A stretch of DNA of 64,000 nucleotides from Spirochaetia bacterium (GCA_965263295.1 OZ253665.1:1120001-1184000); one strand, 5' to 3'; numbered from the stretch's first letter, positions 39,407 to 49,376 are shown. Numbers and translations are program-made. Notes: generated by a model from the letters alone, not told the origin.

Positions 39407-40918
39407 ATGTATACACTGGGCATCGACCTGAGCACCCAAAGTCTTAGCGCCACTCTTTTGCAAAGCACAGAAGGTAAGAACGAAGGCGAGCGAGGAATCC
39501 GTTTTTGCGCCAACTGGAGTATTCCGTTTCGTGATTTGGCAGAAAAATATGCTTTAGATCCGCAAACACTCTGCATCAAGGACTTGAGTCAAAGGCATCC
39601 GGGATTTTATGCCCAGCCGCCCCAGATGTTTCTGGAAGCTTTGGACCTACTCTTGGCGCAGATTCAGGCTGAGGGAACCCCGTTGCATCGCGTATTGGCT
39701 ATAAACTGTTCGGCACAGCAGCACGGCCAACTTTGGCTGAATGCCGAGTTTGAGCTTTGTTGCCAACAGTTGAGGCAGCCAGGACATGCGCAGAAAGAAT
39801 TGTCATTGAACCAATTGTTTGACGCCAGTTATGCTTACCCTGCGGCGCCGATTTGGATGTACAGCCAGACAAAGGCCGAGGCCAAGCATTTACTAGAGCA
39901 CGTGGGCAACGACAAGTTATTGCAGCTCTGCGGCTCGGCCGCGCCGCTGCGTTTCAGCGGCCTGGTACTGCGCTGGCTGGCCCGGCGAGAGAAGACGGCT
40001 TACCGGCAGTGCCGGTATGTTCACCTGCTCAGTTCTTGGCTCGCTGCCGTGTTCACTGCTAAAAGCAATGCGGCCATCGATTGGGGCAGCGGCGCGGGAA
40101 CTTTGATGATGGATTATCGGGCGCGAAATTGGTCGCAAGAGTTACTTGCCTCTCTCGCAGAAGGTTTGGCCAGTGAAGCCGGCGGGCCAAGCGGGGGGGC
40201 GGCCGAACTGCGTTCTCGCTTGCCTGAGTTAGCTTCACCAGTGGCAGAACAGGGCAAAGTGGCAAGCTATTTTTTAAAGTACGGCTTTGCTGCCGACTGC
40301 AAAGTATTGACTGGCAGTGGCGACAATCCACAAAGCAAAGTATGCCAAGCGGGAGACTTGTTGAGTTTAGGCAGTAGCTTTGTGGCGATGAGCCGGACGG
40401 CTAAGTTCCATCCGAAATTCCATCCATGGGCCAACGCCATGTATGACGGTTTGGGTCAGCCCTTCTCCTTTACCTGTCGCAGCAACGGGGCTTTAGTCTG
40501 GGATGCAGTGCGGCAGTCCTTGGGACTTTCCTATGCGCAACAGGACGCTGCCCTGGAAAAATATCCGCTCGGTTCACTGCCAGCTCTGCCGTTGCGCCTA
40601 CTTAATGAAAGTTTTCCACCGGCTCCAGCCAACGTGACGGATGTACAAAATTTTGCCGGGCCAAGCACCGATCCCGCTGCCAATCTCGTAGCTGTCATTG
40701 ATGGGACTTTGCTAGAGTGGCACCAAGCTTGTCTTGACGTCTTTGGCACCAGTGAAGATCTGCTCTACGTTACCGGAGGCCCCACTCGGTCTCAGCAGGT
40801 TTTACAACGCATTGAGGCGATCTGGCGGCGCCCGCTACAAACTTTCAACAGTGCGGGAGCCTCTTATGGAGCGGCTATGGCAGCTATGCTAGCTGAAACT
40901 AGGTATCCTCAAAAATAG
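39407..40918 (+). CDS. FGGY carbohydrate kinase, XylB/XKS1-like xylulokinase type
   Basis: LGIDLSTQS, AQQHG, RFSG, GSGDNP, LSLGSS, NGAL, VTGG. Confidence 0.8.
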   Translation: MYTLGIDLSTQSLSATLLQSTEGKNEGERGIRFCANWSIPFRDLAEKYALDPQTLCIKDLSQRHPGFYAQPPQMFLEALDLLLAQIQAEGTPLHRVLAINCSAQQHGQLWLNAEFELCCQQLRQPGHAQKELSLNQLFDASYAYPAAPIWMYSQTKAEAKHLLEHVGNDKLLQLCGSAAPLRFSGLVLRWLARREKTAYRQCRYVHLLSSWLAAVFTAKSNAAIDWGSGAGTLMMDYRARNWSQELLASLAEGLASEAGGPSGGAAELRSRLPELASPVAEQGKVASYFLKYGFAADCKVLTGSGDNPQSKVCQAGDLLSLGSSFVAMSRTAKFHPKFHPWANAMYDGLGQPFSFTCRSNGALVWDAVRQSLGLSYAQQDAALEKYPLGSLPALPLRLLNESFPPAPANVTDVQNFAGPSTDPAANLVAVIDGTLLEWHQACLDVFGTSEDLLYVTGGPTRSQQVLQRIEAIWRRPLQTFNSAGASYGAAMAAMLAETRYPQK

Positions 40919-41104
40919 CCGGTTTACTGGTTTACTGTTTGAGTTGTATTGTATCTGGCTAAAAGCTCGTATTCTTTGGGTTTTATTCAAGATAAACACA
41001 TGGACAGGATATTTCGCCCGGACACAAACGTCTTGCCGATCTTCTCTTGTGCTATCTTCAACTGCAGTTTTGACCACCGCTGGACAATCGTTTTTTTATT
41101 CTCT

Positions 41105-42715
41105 TTAAAACTGGTAGTAAATAAAAGGGGCCACGCCTTCTGGCAGGACAACTTGGAGCAGGGCCACGCTGCAGGCAAAAACCAGAACCTGTGCGGCAAT
41201 GGGCAAGGCGTCAAGGGCCTTGGTCAACAACGTTGTGCCCTTGGGCAGGAAAATTTGCGGCAATAAACCCAAGACCATAGTAATTATGGCAATATTCGTG
41301 AGGCTTCCGGCATTGGAGAAGTCAAAACGGAGTAAAGTGGCAAAGTACTCGCCGGCGACACTGAAGTTAGGGGCGCGGAACAGTATCCAGGTCAGGGTGA
41401 CAAAGTGAAAGCAATAAAGCCAGCCGCCAATGCACATGAGTTTGGACATGAGTTTTGACCCCATAAGTCTTGGCCCCAATCGCTTTGTCGCATCGGAAGC
41501 TTGCCAGTACGGTGGAGCCAGGCGGCGCTGGCGCACAAAATTCTCAATACTGATCATTACCCCATGCAGGGCACCCCAGAGCAAAAAAGTCCACGAAGCC
41601 CCGTGCCATAGACCCCCCAGCGACATCGTCAACAAAGTATTGAGGTAACGGTTACCTTGCCGGCTACCGCCCAATGGGATATACAGGTAATCGCGCAGCC
41701 AAGTCGAAAGCGAGATATGCCAGCTGCGCCAGAACCCTTGCAGCGAGCTGCGAGCATATGGCCGGTCGAAATTCTCCATCAGGCGTATGCCGCAAAGTAA
41801 GCCCAGGCCAACGGCCATGTCGCTATAGGCACTAAAGTCGCAATAGATTACCACGCCGTAAGAATAGGCGGCCAATAGCAGCTCAAGACTTGAGTGGGCA
41901 GAAGGAACCAGAAAAATCGGGTCGACAAAGCTAGTGCTCAGAGTATTGGCGATAAATACTTTCTTGAATAAACCTATCAAAATCCGACTAAAGGCATCAC
42001 TAAGATAAATGTTTTGTGGGTTTGGCAGCCGCTGCAACTGCGGTAGAATGCTGCCAGCACGAACAATAGGGCCGGCGATCAACTGCGGAAAAAACGCAAT
42101 ATATAGACTATAATCAATATAGGACAAGCTCTGTGGTAGCTTACAGCGATAGATATCAATCAAGAAGCTAATATTTTGAAAAGTAAAAAATGAGATGCCC
42201 AACGGTAGGATAATCGTTACTTGGCTGAATACGAGAGGCAGATTGACGGCATTTAACAGTGTATTCAGATTCACCAAGAACCAGTTGATGTACTTGAAGA
42301 AGATCAAGACGGCCAAATTAAATCCAATGGCCAGGCCGATGACCCATCGAGCGAGTCTCTGCAGGCTTTGCGTACGTTTTTCTTCTTGGTTATTTTGTTC
42401 TCCGGCAGCGCGTCCAACACGAGATTCGCGTCGGGCCCCTAACTTTGCTTGCCCCGCACGATCCCGAGACCGATGGAGCCGCAGCAGAAATAGGGCGCAC
42501 ACGTAATTAAAAAGGCTGGAGCCAATTAACAAGGGTAAAAAACGCCAATCCCAAGTCCCATAAAACACATAACTAGCGGCCAGCAGGAGCAGCTTTCGCA
42601 AATGGTTGGCCAGCGGGCGACGGTGGCTCAGCAACAGGCTGGAGCTGGTACTGATCCAGTACAGCAAAAAGGTGACGATAAAAAAAATTGCGAAAGATAC
42701 AGTCGGGAAGAGCAT
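41105..42715 (-). CDS. MBOAT O-acyltransferase (AlgI/DltB-like)
   Basis: LPLGISFFTFQ, FFPQLIAGPIVR, YCDFSAYSDMA, FWRSWHISLSTWLRDYLYIPLGG, GLWHGA. Confidence 0.95.
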   Translation of the reverse strand: MLFPTVSFAIFFIVTFLLYWISTSSSLLLSHRRPLANHLRKLLLLAASYVFYGTWDWRFLPLLIGSSLFNYVCALFLLRLHRSRDRAGQAKLGARRESRVGRAAGEQNNQEEKRTQSLQRLARWVIGLAIGFNLAVLIFFKYINWFLVNLNTLLNAVNLPLVFSQVTIILPLGISFFTFQNISFLIDIYRCKLPQSLSYIDYSLYIAFFPQLIAGPIVRAGSILPQLQRLPNPQNIYLSDAFSRILIGLFKKVFIANTLSTSFVDPIFLVPSAHSSLELLLAAYSYGVVIYCDFSAYSDMAVGLGLLCGIRLMENFDRPYARSSLQGFWRSWHISLSTWLRDYLYIPLGGSRQGNRYLNTLLTMSLGGLWHGASWTFLLWGALHGVMISIENFVRQRRLAPPYWQASDATKRLGPRLMGSKLMSKLMCIGGWLYCFHFVTLTWILFRAPNFSVAGEYFATLLRFDFSNAGSLTNIAIITMVLGLLPQIFLPKGTTLLTKALDALPIAAQVLVFACSVALLQVVLPEGVAPFIYYQF

Positions 42716-42766
42716 AGTGTGGGAACGCTGGCCGGAAAACCTAAAATATTATGGCGACAGTTTGCA

Positions 42767-44113
42767 TCAACTGTGGTACAAACGGCTGATGCGGTGGCGC
42801 AGACGTTCGCCCAGCGCTTGCATATATTGGGTTGTCGGGAGCTGCAGTAGAAATAGAAAAACCCGAGTGCGCTTATCGCAGCCGTGTTCAACTTCGTGGG
42901 GCCGGCCCAGGCGCGAGATAAATATCTGCCAAATAAACATTTCCAAGATATTTAATCGCAGCCGGTAGAGGTCGCGCAGTTTCAATCTGTGCAAGGGTTG
43001 TACCACTTTTTTCAGTACGACACTAGTTTGCAAGCGCCGGCGCAGTAGAGACTCTGTCTCTTGAAAAAAATATTCCCAAAGCTTCAAGTCACTGAGGCGC
43101 AGGCTATAACAAAACGTATGAAGCAAGTCACGCAGCCATAAAAGTAAATAAAATTCGGCGCCTTGTCCCAGTTCTTGCCTGCCACTTGTCAAAACCCCGT
43201 CAACTGGTTCCAGGGCCTGCAATAAAAAATCCAATACTCTATCAGCTTGAGATAGCTTGGCCTGAATTTGCTTTTCGGCGGCAATGCCTGCAGTTTGATC
43301 TCGACGCCCCACGCTGTGCTCATAAGCAATGGTATCACAGAACAAAATATTGCAAGCCTGAATACAGGCCATCCAATGTAGGGGGGCATCTTCAAAAGAG
43401 TCCTCCCCTTCAGAAAATTCAATGCCATGCCGCAGCAGAAAATCGCGCCGGTAAAGCTTACGCCAGGGCAAAACACTCAGACCATGGAGCAAATAAAAGG
43501 CTTGAATACGGCTCCAAGCCTGAGTGATATCGCGGTGGCGCACGGCGGACCGTGTCTGGTCCAGGCGCACATAGCGTATTTTATGACGCTGGCGTTTGGC
43601 CTCCAATTTGGGGTGCAACAGCTGCTCCCAGGCCCAAGCGTCTGCATAACCGAGCTGGGGCTTATTTTTGTCCGAGTGGTAAAGTTGGTAGCCGATCAAG
43701 GCAATATCAATTTCTTCAAAAATTTCCGAGTGACGGTAAAGTTTCTCGATGAACTCAGGCCAATACCAGCCATCGCTATTCAAGAAGGCGACGTATTTGC
43801 CGCGAGCTTTCCGCAGCCCAATGTTGGATGGAATTCTGGCTTCGTCTGAATTATTTCCTTTCAAAGAAATTACTTGAATGCGCGAGTCACGCTCGGCAAA
43901 ACTTTGGGCAATTTGCAGAGAGCTGTCAGAGGAAGCCGCATCCACCAGTATCATTTCCCAGTCGGCAAAGCTCTGATCCAAAACCGACTGAAGGCTTTTT
44001 TCCAGAGATTTTTCAGCATTATAGATCGGGACAATGACGGAAACAGCCACTGTCTTACTCTGTATTCTTGAAGGATTCACAGCCTTTTCTGCCGTTTCGC
44101 TCACCTTGCTCAT
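42767..44113 (-). CDS. Glycosyltransferase family 2
   Basis: VSVIVPIYN, SVLDQS, WRKLYRR, FED motif; degenerate DxD region (FLNSDG). Confidence 0.85.
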   Translation of the reverse strand: MSKVSETAEKAVNPSRIQSKTVAVSVIVPIYNAEKSLEKSLQSVLDQSFADWEMILVDAASSDSSLQIAQSFAERDSRIQVISLKGNNSDEARIPSNIGLRKARGKYVAFLNSDGWYWPEFIEKLYRHSEIFEEIDIALIGYQLYHSDKNKPQLGYADAWAWEQLLHPKLEAKRQRHKIRYVRLDQTRSAVRHRDITQAWSRIQAFYLLHGLSVLPWRKLYRRDFLLRHGIEFSEGEDSFEDAPLHWMACIQACNILFCDTIAYEHSVGRRDQTAGIAAEKQIQAKLSQADRVLDFLLQALEPVDGVLTSGRQELGQGAEFYLLLWLRDLLHTFCYSLRLSDLKLWEYFFQETESLLRRRLQTSVVLKKVVQPLHRLKLRDLYRLRLNILEMFIWQIFISRLGRPHEVEHGCDKRTRVFLFLLQLPTTQYMQALGERLRHRISRLYHS

Positions 44114-44492
44114 AGCGGCAGCATCATACAGAAAAAAGCGCTCTTGCGAAAGCTAGGAGCAGCAGGGCCAGACTTTGCGCTCAATTTGACACACCTGCCG
44201 GTTATAATATCGGCCGCGCCGATTACTTGATCCGTAACTCCAAGAATTTGCCGAATATTTTCCGTATTCCATCGCCCGGCCAAGTACTAGCCGGCAAAAG
44301 CCAGTCTATTTAAAGTCCATTTGCGGGAATAAAAGTGGGCGAGTCGGCCTAATTGGTTTCCAATGCTGGCTTATGGAAAATTTAAATCCACCAGCCATAA
44401 ACGCTGCCCTCACTTTGCGGCCAATGAACCGAATTACGCCTAAAAATCTGTTTTTGCCGGACAAACCCAGAGCTGCCAATTCCCATAAATTA

Positions 44493-45764
44493 TTATAGCG
44501 GCTCAATGACTGCCCCGCCAATGTCACGACGTATTTGCATGCCGCGAAAGGCATGGACTCGCAAGCGATCGTAGGCCTGTTGGCGGGCACGTTGCAGGTC
44601 GGGGGCTGTGGCGTTCTGCACCAGTACGCGGCCTCCCGCCGTGTAAAACGAACTATTTTTATATGAGACGCCGGCCAGATAAACCCCTTCGGTTTGGGGC
44701 TCAGCTGCCGACAGGCTGGCTATCTCATCGCCCGCACGCGGGCTCTGCGGGTAGCCTGCCGCCGCGGCCACCACACTGCAGCTACAAGCGCTGCGCCAGC
44801 GAATTTCCTGTTCGGCCAGACGGCCCATTAGAGATGCCTGCAGAATTTCCAGTAACGGTGTTTCCAGCAGCGGCAAGACGGTTTGGGCTTCAGGGTCGCC
44901 CAAGCGCATATTATACTCCAATAAATGGCACTGGCCGTTTTGGATTAGTAGGCCAAAGAAAATGATGCCGCAAAAATCCCAGCCGCGATCCTGCAAGCCC
45001 TTCAACGTCGGTGCCATAACGTGTCGTTCAAAATCTTGCCACAGGGGACTGTCCTGTGTGAGTTTTGGGTGTGGTGCAATGCAGCCCATGCCGCCAGTGT
45101 TGGCGCCACGCTCACCTTCAAAGATCTTCTTGTGGTCCTGAGCTGCCAGCATCGGGCGAATGCAGCTGCCATCGCAAAAGGCCAAAACTGAGGCCTCGTA
45201 GCCCTCCAAGTACTCCTCAATGACTACAGTTGCGCCGGCTTCCTGAAAAATTCTATCGCGCATTAGATTGTGGATACCCTGCTGTGCCGCTGCGCGGTTT
45301 TCGCAGATTAGTACGCCTTTGCCTCCAGCCAGGCCATCCGCCTTTAGCACTGTCGGGAATTGTTCAAGATTTTGCACGTAATTCAAAGCACTTTCCATAT
45401 CTGTAAACACTTCGCAAGCGGCTGTGCGCACATCGTATTGCCCCATGAAATCCTTGGCGAAAGCCTTGCTGCCTTCAAGCCGCGCGACAGCTTGCGGCGG
45501 CCCAAAAACGGTGATGCCTGCGGCTTCCAATTCATCGACCAAGCCGGCAACGAGGGGGGCCTCCGGCCCCACAATGACTAGATCGACGGCTTCCTGCCGG
45601 GCCACCTGCAGCGGCTCCCCCAAGGCCAGCCGAGCTTGGGACAAGAGTTGGGGGATGGCACATTCCTCGCAAAACAGGATATCTGCCTGCGGTTGGTCTC
45701 TTGCAATACTTTGCGCAATGGCGTGCTCGCGGCCACCGCCGCCGACAATCAAAATCTTTTTCAC
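44493..45764 (-). CDS. purD: Phosphoribosylamine--glycine ligase
   Basis: GGGGREHA, VGPEAPL, LEGSK, KADGLAGGKGV, NTGGMG, EYNMRLGDPE. Confidence 0.97.
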   Translation of the reverse strand: MKKILIVGGGGREHAIAQSIARDQPQADILFCEECAIPQLLSQARLALGEPLQVARQEAVDLVIVGPEAPLVAGLVDELEAAGITVFGPPQAVARLEGSKAFAKDFMGQYDVRTAACEVFTDMESALNYVQNLEQFPTVLKADGLAGGKGVLICENRAAAQQGIHNLMRDRIFQEAGATVVIEEYLEGYEASVLAFCDGSCIRPMLAAQDHKKIFEGERGANTGGMGCIAPHPKLTQDSPLWQDFERHVMAPTLKGLQDRGWDFCGIIFFGLLIQNGQCHLLEYNMRLGDPEAQTVLPLLETPLLEILQASLMGRLAEQEIRWRSACSCSVVAAAAGYPQSPRAGDEIASLSAAEPQTEGVYLAGVSYKNSSFYTAGGRVLVQNATAPDLQRARQQAYDRLRVHAFRGMQIRRDIGGAVIEPL

Positions 45765-46441
45765 GGCAGATTTCCTTTAGAAATGGCAAATTTGTTACAA
45801 TCTTCGTCATCTGGCCTCACCGTGCCGCCCTGTGCTCGGCGCGCAAATTCTCGGAGATATTCAAGCAGTAGTTGTCTTTCAAGATTTTGTACCGCGGTGG
45901 CAATTGCCTCTGCCGTCTGGCAGTTGCGAATGTCGACCTCGCGCTGGGCCAGTATCGGGCCGCCATCCAGTACTGCGCCGACCCGGTGCAGGGTGCAGCC
46001 CGTCACACTTTCACCTTGTCGCAACACCGCGCGGTGCACATGGATTCCGTGCATGCCCATGCCGCCAAACTTAGGTAGCAGCGAGGGATGCATATTCCAA
46101 ATGCGACCGCGGCGGGCTAGTTCTGTGGCCAAGGCCCTGGGTCCAATTACAGAAAGGTAGCCGGCGAGCAAGACCAGTTCACAGCCATGTCCTCTGTGCA
46201 GCCCTTCTAGTTCTGTCGCCAGAGCTGCGTCCAGGCCGGCTTTCCCCAGGGCTTTGCGGCTCAGTAACTGAGTCGGCAGGCTTTGAATGGCGGCGCGTTC
46301 CAAAGCCCGGCAGCTGCGGTCGGCCAGTACGGCAATGACCTGTGCCGGCAAGCGGCCTTGCCGGATGGCATCCAGAATAAATTGCAAGGTGCTGCCGCCG
46401 CCAGAAGCCAGCACCGCCAGTTTTAAGATTTTCTCACTCAT
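45761..46441 (-). CDS. purN: Phosphoribosylglycinamide formyltransferase
   Basis: LASGGGSTLQ, LAGYL, NMHPSLLPKFGG, TGCTLH, LDGGPI. Confidence 0.95.
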   Translation of the reverse strand: MSEKILKLAVLASGGGSTLQFILDAIRQGRLPAQVIAVLADRSCRALERAAIQSLPTQLLSRKALGKAGLDAALATELEGLHRGHGCELVLLAGYLSVIGPRALATELARRGRIWNMHPSLLPKFGGMGMHGIHVHRAVLRQGESVTGCTLHRVGAVLDGGPILAQREVDIRNCQTAEAIATAVQNLERQLLLEYLREFARRAQGGTVRPDDEDCNKFAISKGNLP

Positions 46442-47571
46442 ATTAACTGAACCTGCGGTCTTTCGGGATTATCGTTGCTGCAGACGCGGCCGATGACACG
46501 GGCCCAGACACCTTCATCGCCAGAGTTCAACTGCTGACCCCAGCCGCCATGCTGCCGGCAAAGTTGCAAAATGCCTGCGCTGGCATCTTCTGCGACAATG
46601 ATGGCAAACCCTAAACCCATGTTAAAAGTGTGCCACATTTCTTCATCGCCAATCAGGGGGGGCTCGTCAGTCCGTTGCGGACAAAGGTAGCGGCCGGGGT
46701 CCTGCACAAATGAGAAAATTTCGGGGCGGTCAATCAGTTTTCGTTCAATCTCGGCACATTGGCCCAAGCCCAGCGCCCTGGGCAAGTTTTCATAGATACC
46801 GCCGCCGCTGATATGGGCCATGGCGTGAATCTGTTCGCCCCACGGGGAATCCAGTAGCGCGCCGACAAGTTCGGCATAAATAGTGGTGGGCCGCAGCAGC
46901 AGTTCTCGCAGGTTCTTTTTGCCGCTCTCGCCGGCGATTAAAGGCTTGCCGTAGTCAATCGGCCCGTAAAGCCGCCGGGCCTCGGCAAGGACTTTGCGCA
47001 CCAGGGAAAACCCATTTGAATGCAGGCCGTTACTGGCGAGTCCAATGATGACATCGCCGACTTGGGAGCGCTCGCGGCCGCGAATTTGGCTGCGTTCGAC
47101 GACGCCCAGGCAGAAACCGGCGATGTCGTAAAGCCCGTCTTTGTAAAACCCCGGCATTTCGGCAGTCTCCCCACCGAGGAGCGGTATATCTATGCGGCTA
47201 CAGGCCCGCGAAATACCTTGAACCAGTTTGCTGGCGATCTCTACATCCAGATGGTCACAGGCCAGATAATCCAGGAAAAACAACGGCTGGGCACCGGCAC
47301 AGAGAATGTCGTTGACACACATAGCCACGCAGTCTTGGCCCACGCTGTCGTATATGCCAAAATCGAAGGCCAGCTTCAACTTAGTGCCGATGCCATCTGC
47401 CCCGCTAACTAAAACAGGCTCCCGATAGCCATGAAGGGCGTAAAGTGAGGCAAATCCACCGACCCCCCCCAGGATGTTCGGCTGTTTGGACGTTTTCCGC
47501 GCGTTCTCCTGAATGTGGCGAACCAGTTCGTAGCCACGCTCTTTGCCGACCCCACTATCCCTGTAGTTCAT
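46438..47571 (-). CDS. purM: AIR synthetase
   Basis: GGFASL, DGIGTK, VAMCVND, GGETAEMPG, SNGLHSNGFSL, TFNMG. Confidence 0.97.
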   Translation of the reverse strand: MNYRDSGVGKERGYELVRHIQENARKTSKQPNILGGVGGFASLYALHGYREPVLVSGADGIGTKLKLAFDFGIYDSVGQDCVAMCVNDILCAGAQPLFFLDYLACDHLDVEIASKLVQGISRACSRIDIPLLGGETAEMPGFYKDGLYDIAGFCLGVVERSQIRGRERSQVGDVIIGLASNGLHSNGFSLVRKVLAEARRLYGPIDYGKPLIAGESGKKNLRELLLRPTTIYAELVGALLDSPWGEQIHAMAHISGGGIYENLPRALGLGQCAEIERKLIDRPEIFSFVQDPGRYLCPQRTDEPPLIGDEEMWHTFNMGLGFAIIVAEDASAGILQLCRQHGGWGQQLNSGDEGVWARVIGRVCSNDNPERPQVQLI

Positions 47572-47676
47572 TTTAGATCTCCATCATGTCCCAAACTTGA
47601 AGCGGCCTCAACCAGTAAGCATTTTGGGCTGCCATAATTCGCGGCGATTAGGGCTACGAATATCATGTCTTATTAA

Positions 47677-47747
47677 CGGATTCATTCCCCCCGGATTTAT
47701 TTTACCAGATTCATTTTACCGGGTTCATTTCGCCGGGTTCATTTATC
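47677..47747. repeat. Five-copy degenerate 14-nt tandem array built on the purF stop codon
   Basis: CGGATTCATTCCCCC / CGGATTTATTTTAC / CAGATTCATTTTAC / CGGGTTCATTTCGC / CGGGTTCATTTATC; the last unit contains the purF TGA. Confidence 0.9.
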
Positions 47748-49376
47748 CGCAACAGAAAATAGAGCTGAAGCGACCGGGCCTGTCGTCTGCTGTGGTAACT
47801 TGGCAGGACTCAGCGGCTGGTAGGATTTTTTTTCATCATCGTAGTAGCCCCCCGCATATCTGCCCGTAAAGCAACCCGTACAGAGTTTCTCACCGCGCCC
47901 AGTCGACAGGGTCAGGTTCTCCAAACTGAGAAAATCCAGGCTTTCGACATTAATCTCGCGGCGCAGTTTTTCCCGATCTTTCTGATAGGCCAGTAGTTCT
48001 TCCCGCGTCGGGAAGTCGATACCGTAAAAACAGGGATACGTTACCATGGGTGACGCCAGGCGAAAATGCACTTCGCGGGCTCCAGCGTTGCGCAATTCCT
48101 GCACCAAAAGTTGCGAAGTATTGCCCCGGACCAAAGAATCATCGATGACCAACACAGACTTACCAGCCACCAAATGCTTGACGACATTGAACTTGACCCT
48201 GACGACGGCGCGACGTTCGGCGTCATCCGGTTGAATGAAGCTGCGGGCGACATAGCTGTTTTTGACAATGCCGACACGCAGGGGCAGGCCGCAGGCCTCG
48301 GCGTAGCCGATGGCCGCCACCAGCCCACTGTCGGGCACACCGACCACGATCTCGGCGCCACAGGGCGTGCCGTTTTGTTTTACCTCTTGTTCGTAAAGTA
48401 ATTGTCCCGCGCGGTAGCGCGTGTCGTGAACACTGGTTCCTTCCAAGTATGAGTCACTGCGGGCAAAATAAATAAATTCAAATGCACACATTGAGGGCCT
48501 TCCCTGGGAGACCCTGCCAAGGCTATACAGACCATCGTTGTCGACAATCAGGCTTTCGCCGGGTTCGACGTCACGGAAATACGGCACACCGATTGCGTCC
48601 AGGGCACACGTTTCCGAGGCCAGAACGTGCAATAAACGGCCATCTGAGTTGCGCTTGCGCCCCACGACCAACGGGCGAATACCCAGTACATCTCGTGTGG
48701 CTAGCAATTTATCGTCTAAGGCCATGACAATGGAATAGGCTCCCTGCGCTCGTCTCTGGGTTTTGAGCAGGGCATATTCCAGCAGAGGATAAGGGGTCTT
48801 GGGTCTCGCATTCAGGCTTTTGAGTAGCTCCGTGACGTCCAGCCGTGGTTCGCGGGCATAGTAGATGAACAGCTTGAGAAACACTTCCGTATCGCTGGAC
48901 GATACAAAGCCCAAACCCTTTTTTTGGAGTAGCCGTTGCATCTCGGCCGTGTTGGTTAGGTTACCGTTGTGAGCCAGGGCCACATTACCGTGCATTGAAC
49001 GATACTCAATGGGCTGGATGTTTTCCAGGCTGGACTCCCCGGTAGTGGCGTAGCGCACATGGGCTACGCCCACATTCCCGCGCAAGCGGACCAAGTCTCG
49101 TTCGTGAAAATTTTCGCTGAGCAAGCCAGGGCTGCGGTGACGACGACTTTTACCACTAGCCGAGTCATAGACACTGATACCGGCACTCTCCTGGCCGCGA
49201 TGCTGCAGGGAAAACAGGCTGTAATAAAGCAGCGGAGTTATATCTTCGGTTTTTGCATTGCTATGGATGCCAACAATACCACATTTTTCCCGCAATTGGG
49301 GGCTATGACGAGCACTTGGGTCAGTATTTGGACAAGTATTGGGGATCAGGCAGCCAGACATGTTCCGAATTTTCAA
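47739..49376 (-). CDS. purF: Amidophosphoribosyltransferase, propeptide and Fe-S type (start TTG 49376 or ATG 49361)
   Basis: EKCGIVG, LQHRGQES, AHNGNL, DDSLVRG; Fe-S cysteines CAFE, PCFYG, CTGC. Confidence 0.97.
   Translation of the reverse strand: MKIRNMSGCLIPNTCPNTDPSARHSPQLREKCGIVGIHSNAKTEDITPLLYYSLFSLQHRGQESAGISVYDSASGKSRRHRSPGLLSENFHERDLVRLRGNVGVAHVRYATTGESSLENIQPIEYRSMHGNVALAHNGNLTNTAEMQRLLQKKGLGFVSSSDTEVFLKLFIYYAREPRLDVTELLKSLNARPKTPYPLLEYALLKTQRRAQGAYSIVMALDDKLLATRDVLGIRPLVVGRKRNSDGRLLHVLASETCALDAIGVPYFRDVEPGESLIVDNDGLYSLGRVSQGRPSMCAFEFIYFARSDSYLEGTSVHDTRYRAGQLLYEQEVKQNGTPCGAEIVVGVPDSGLVAAIGYAEACGLPLRVGIVKNSYVARSFIQPDDAERRAVVRVKFNVVKHLVAGKSVLVIDDSLVRGNTSQLLVQELRNAGAREVHFRLASPMVTYPCFYGIDFPTREELLAYQKDREKLRREINVESLDFLSLENLTLSTGRGEKLCTGCFTGRYAGGYYDDEKKSYQPLSPAKLPQQTTGPVASALFSVADK

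Noticed and set aside
44186..44208. TTGACA...TATAAT on the plus strand
   Set aside because: The spacer is only 11 nt and no plus-strand gene follows.
44241..44498. About 85-codon open frame in the GT2-purD gap
   Set aside because: No early start or RBS and no recognisable motif.
47677..47747. Repeat array as a mini-CRISPR
   Set aside because: The units are 14 nt, contiguous and have no spacers, and there are no cas genes in the window.
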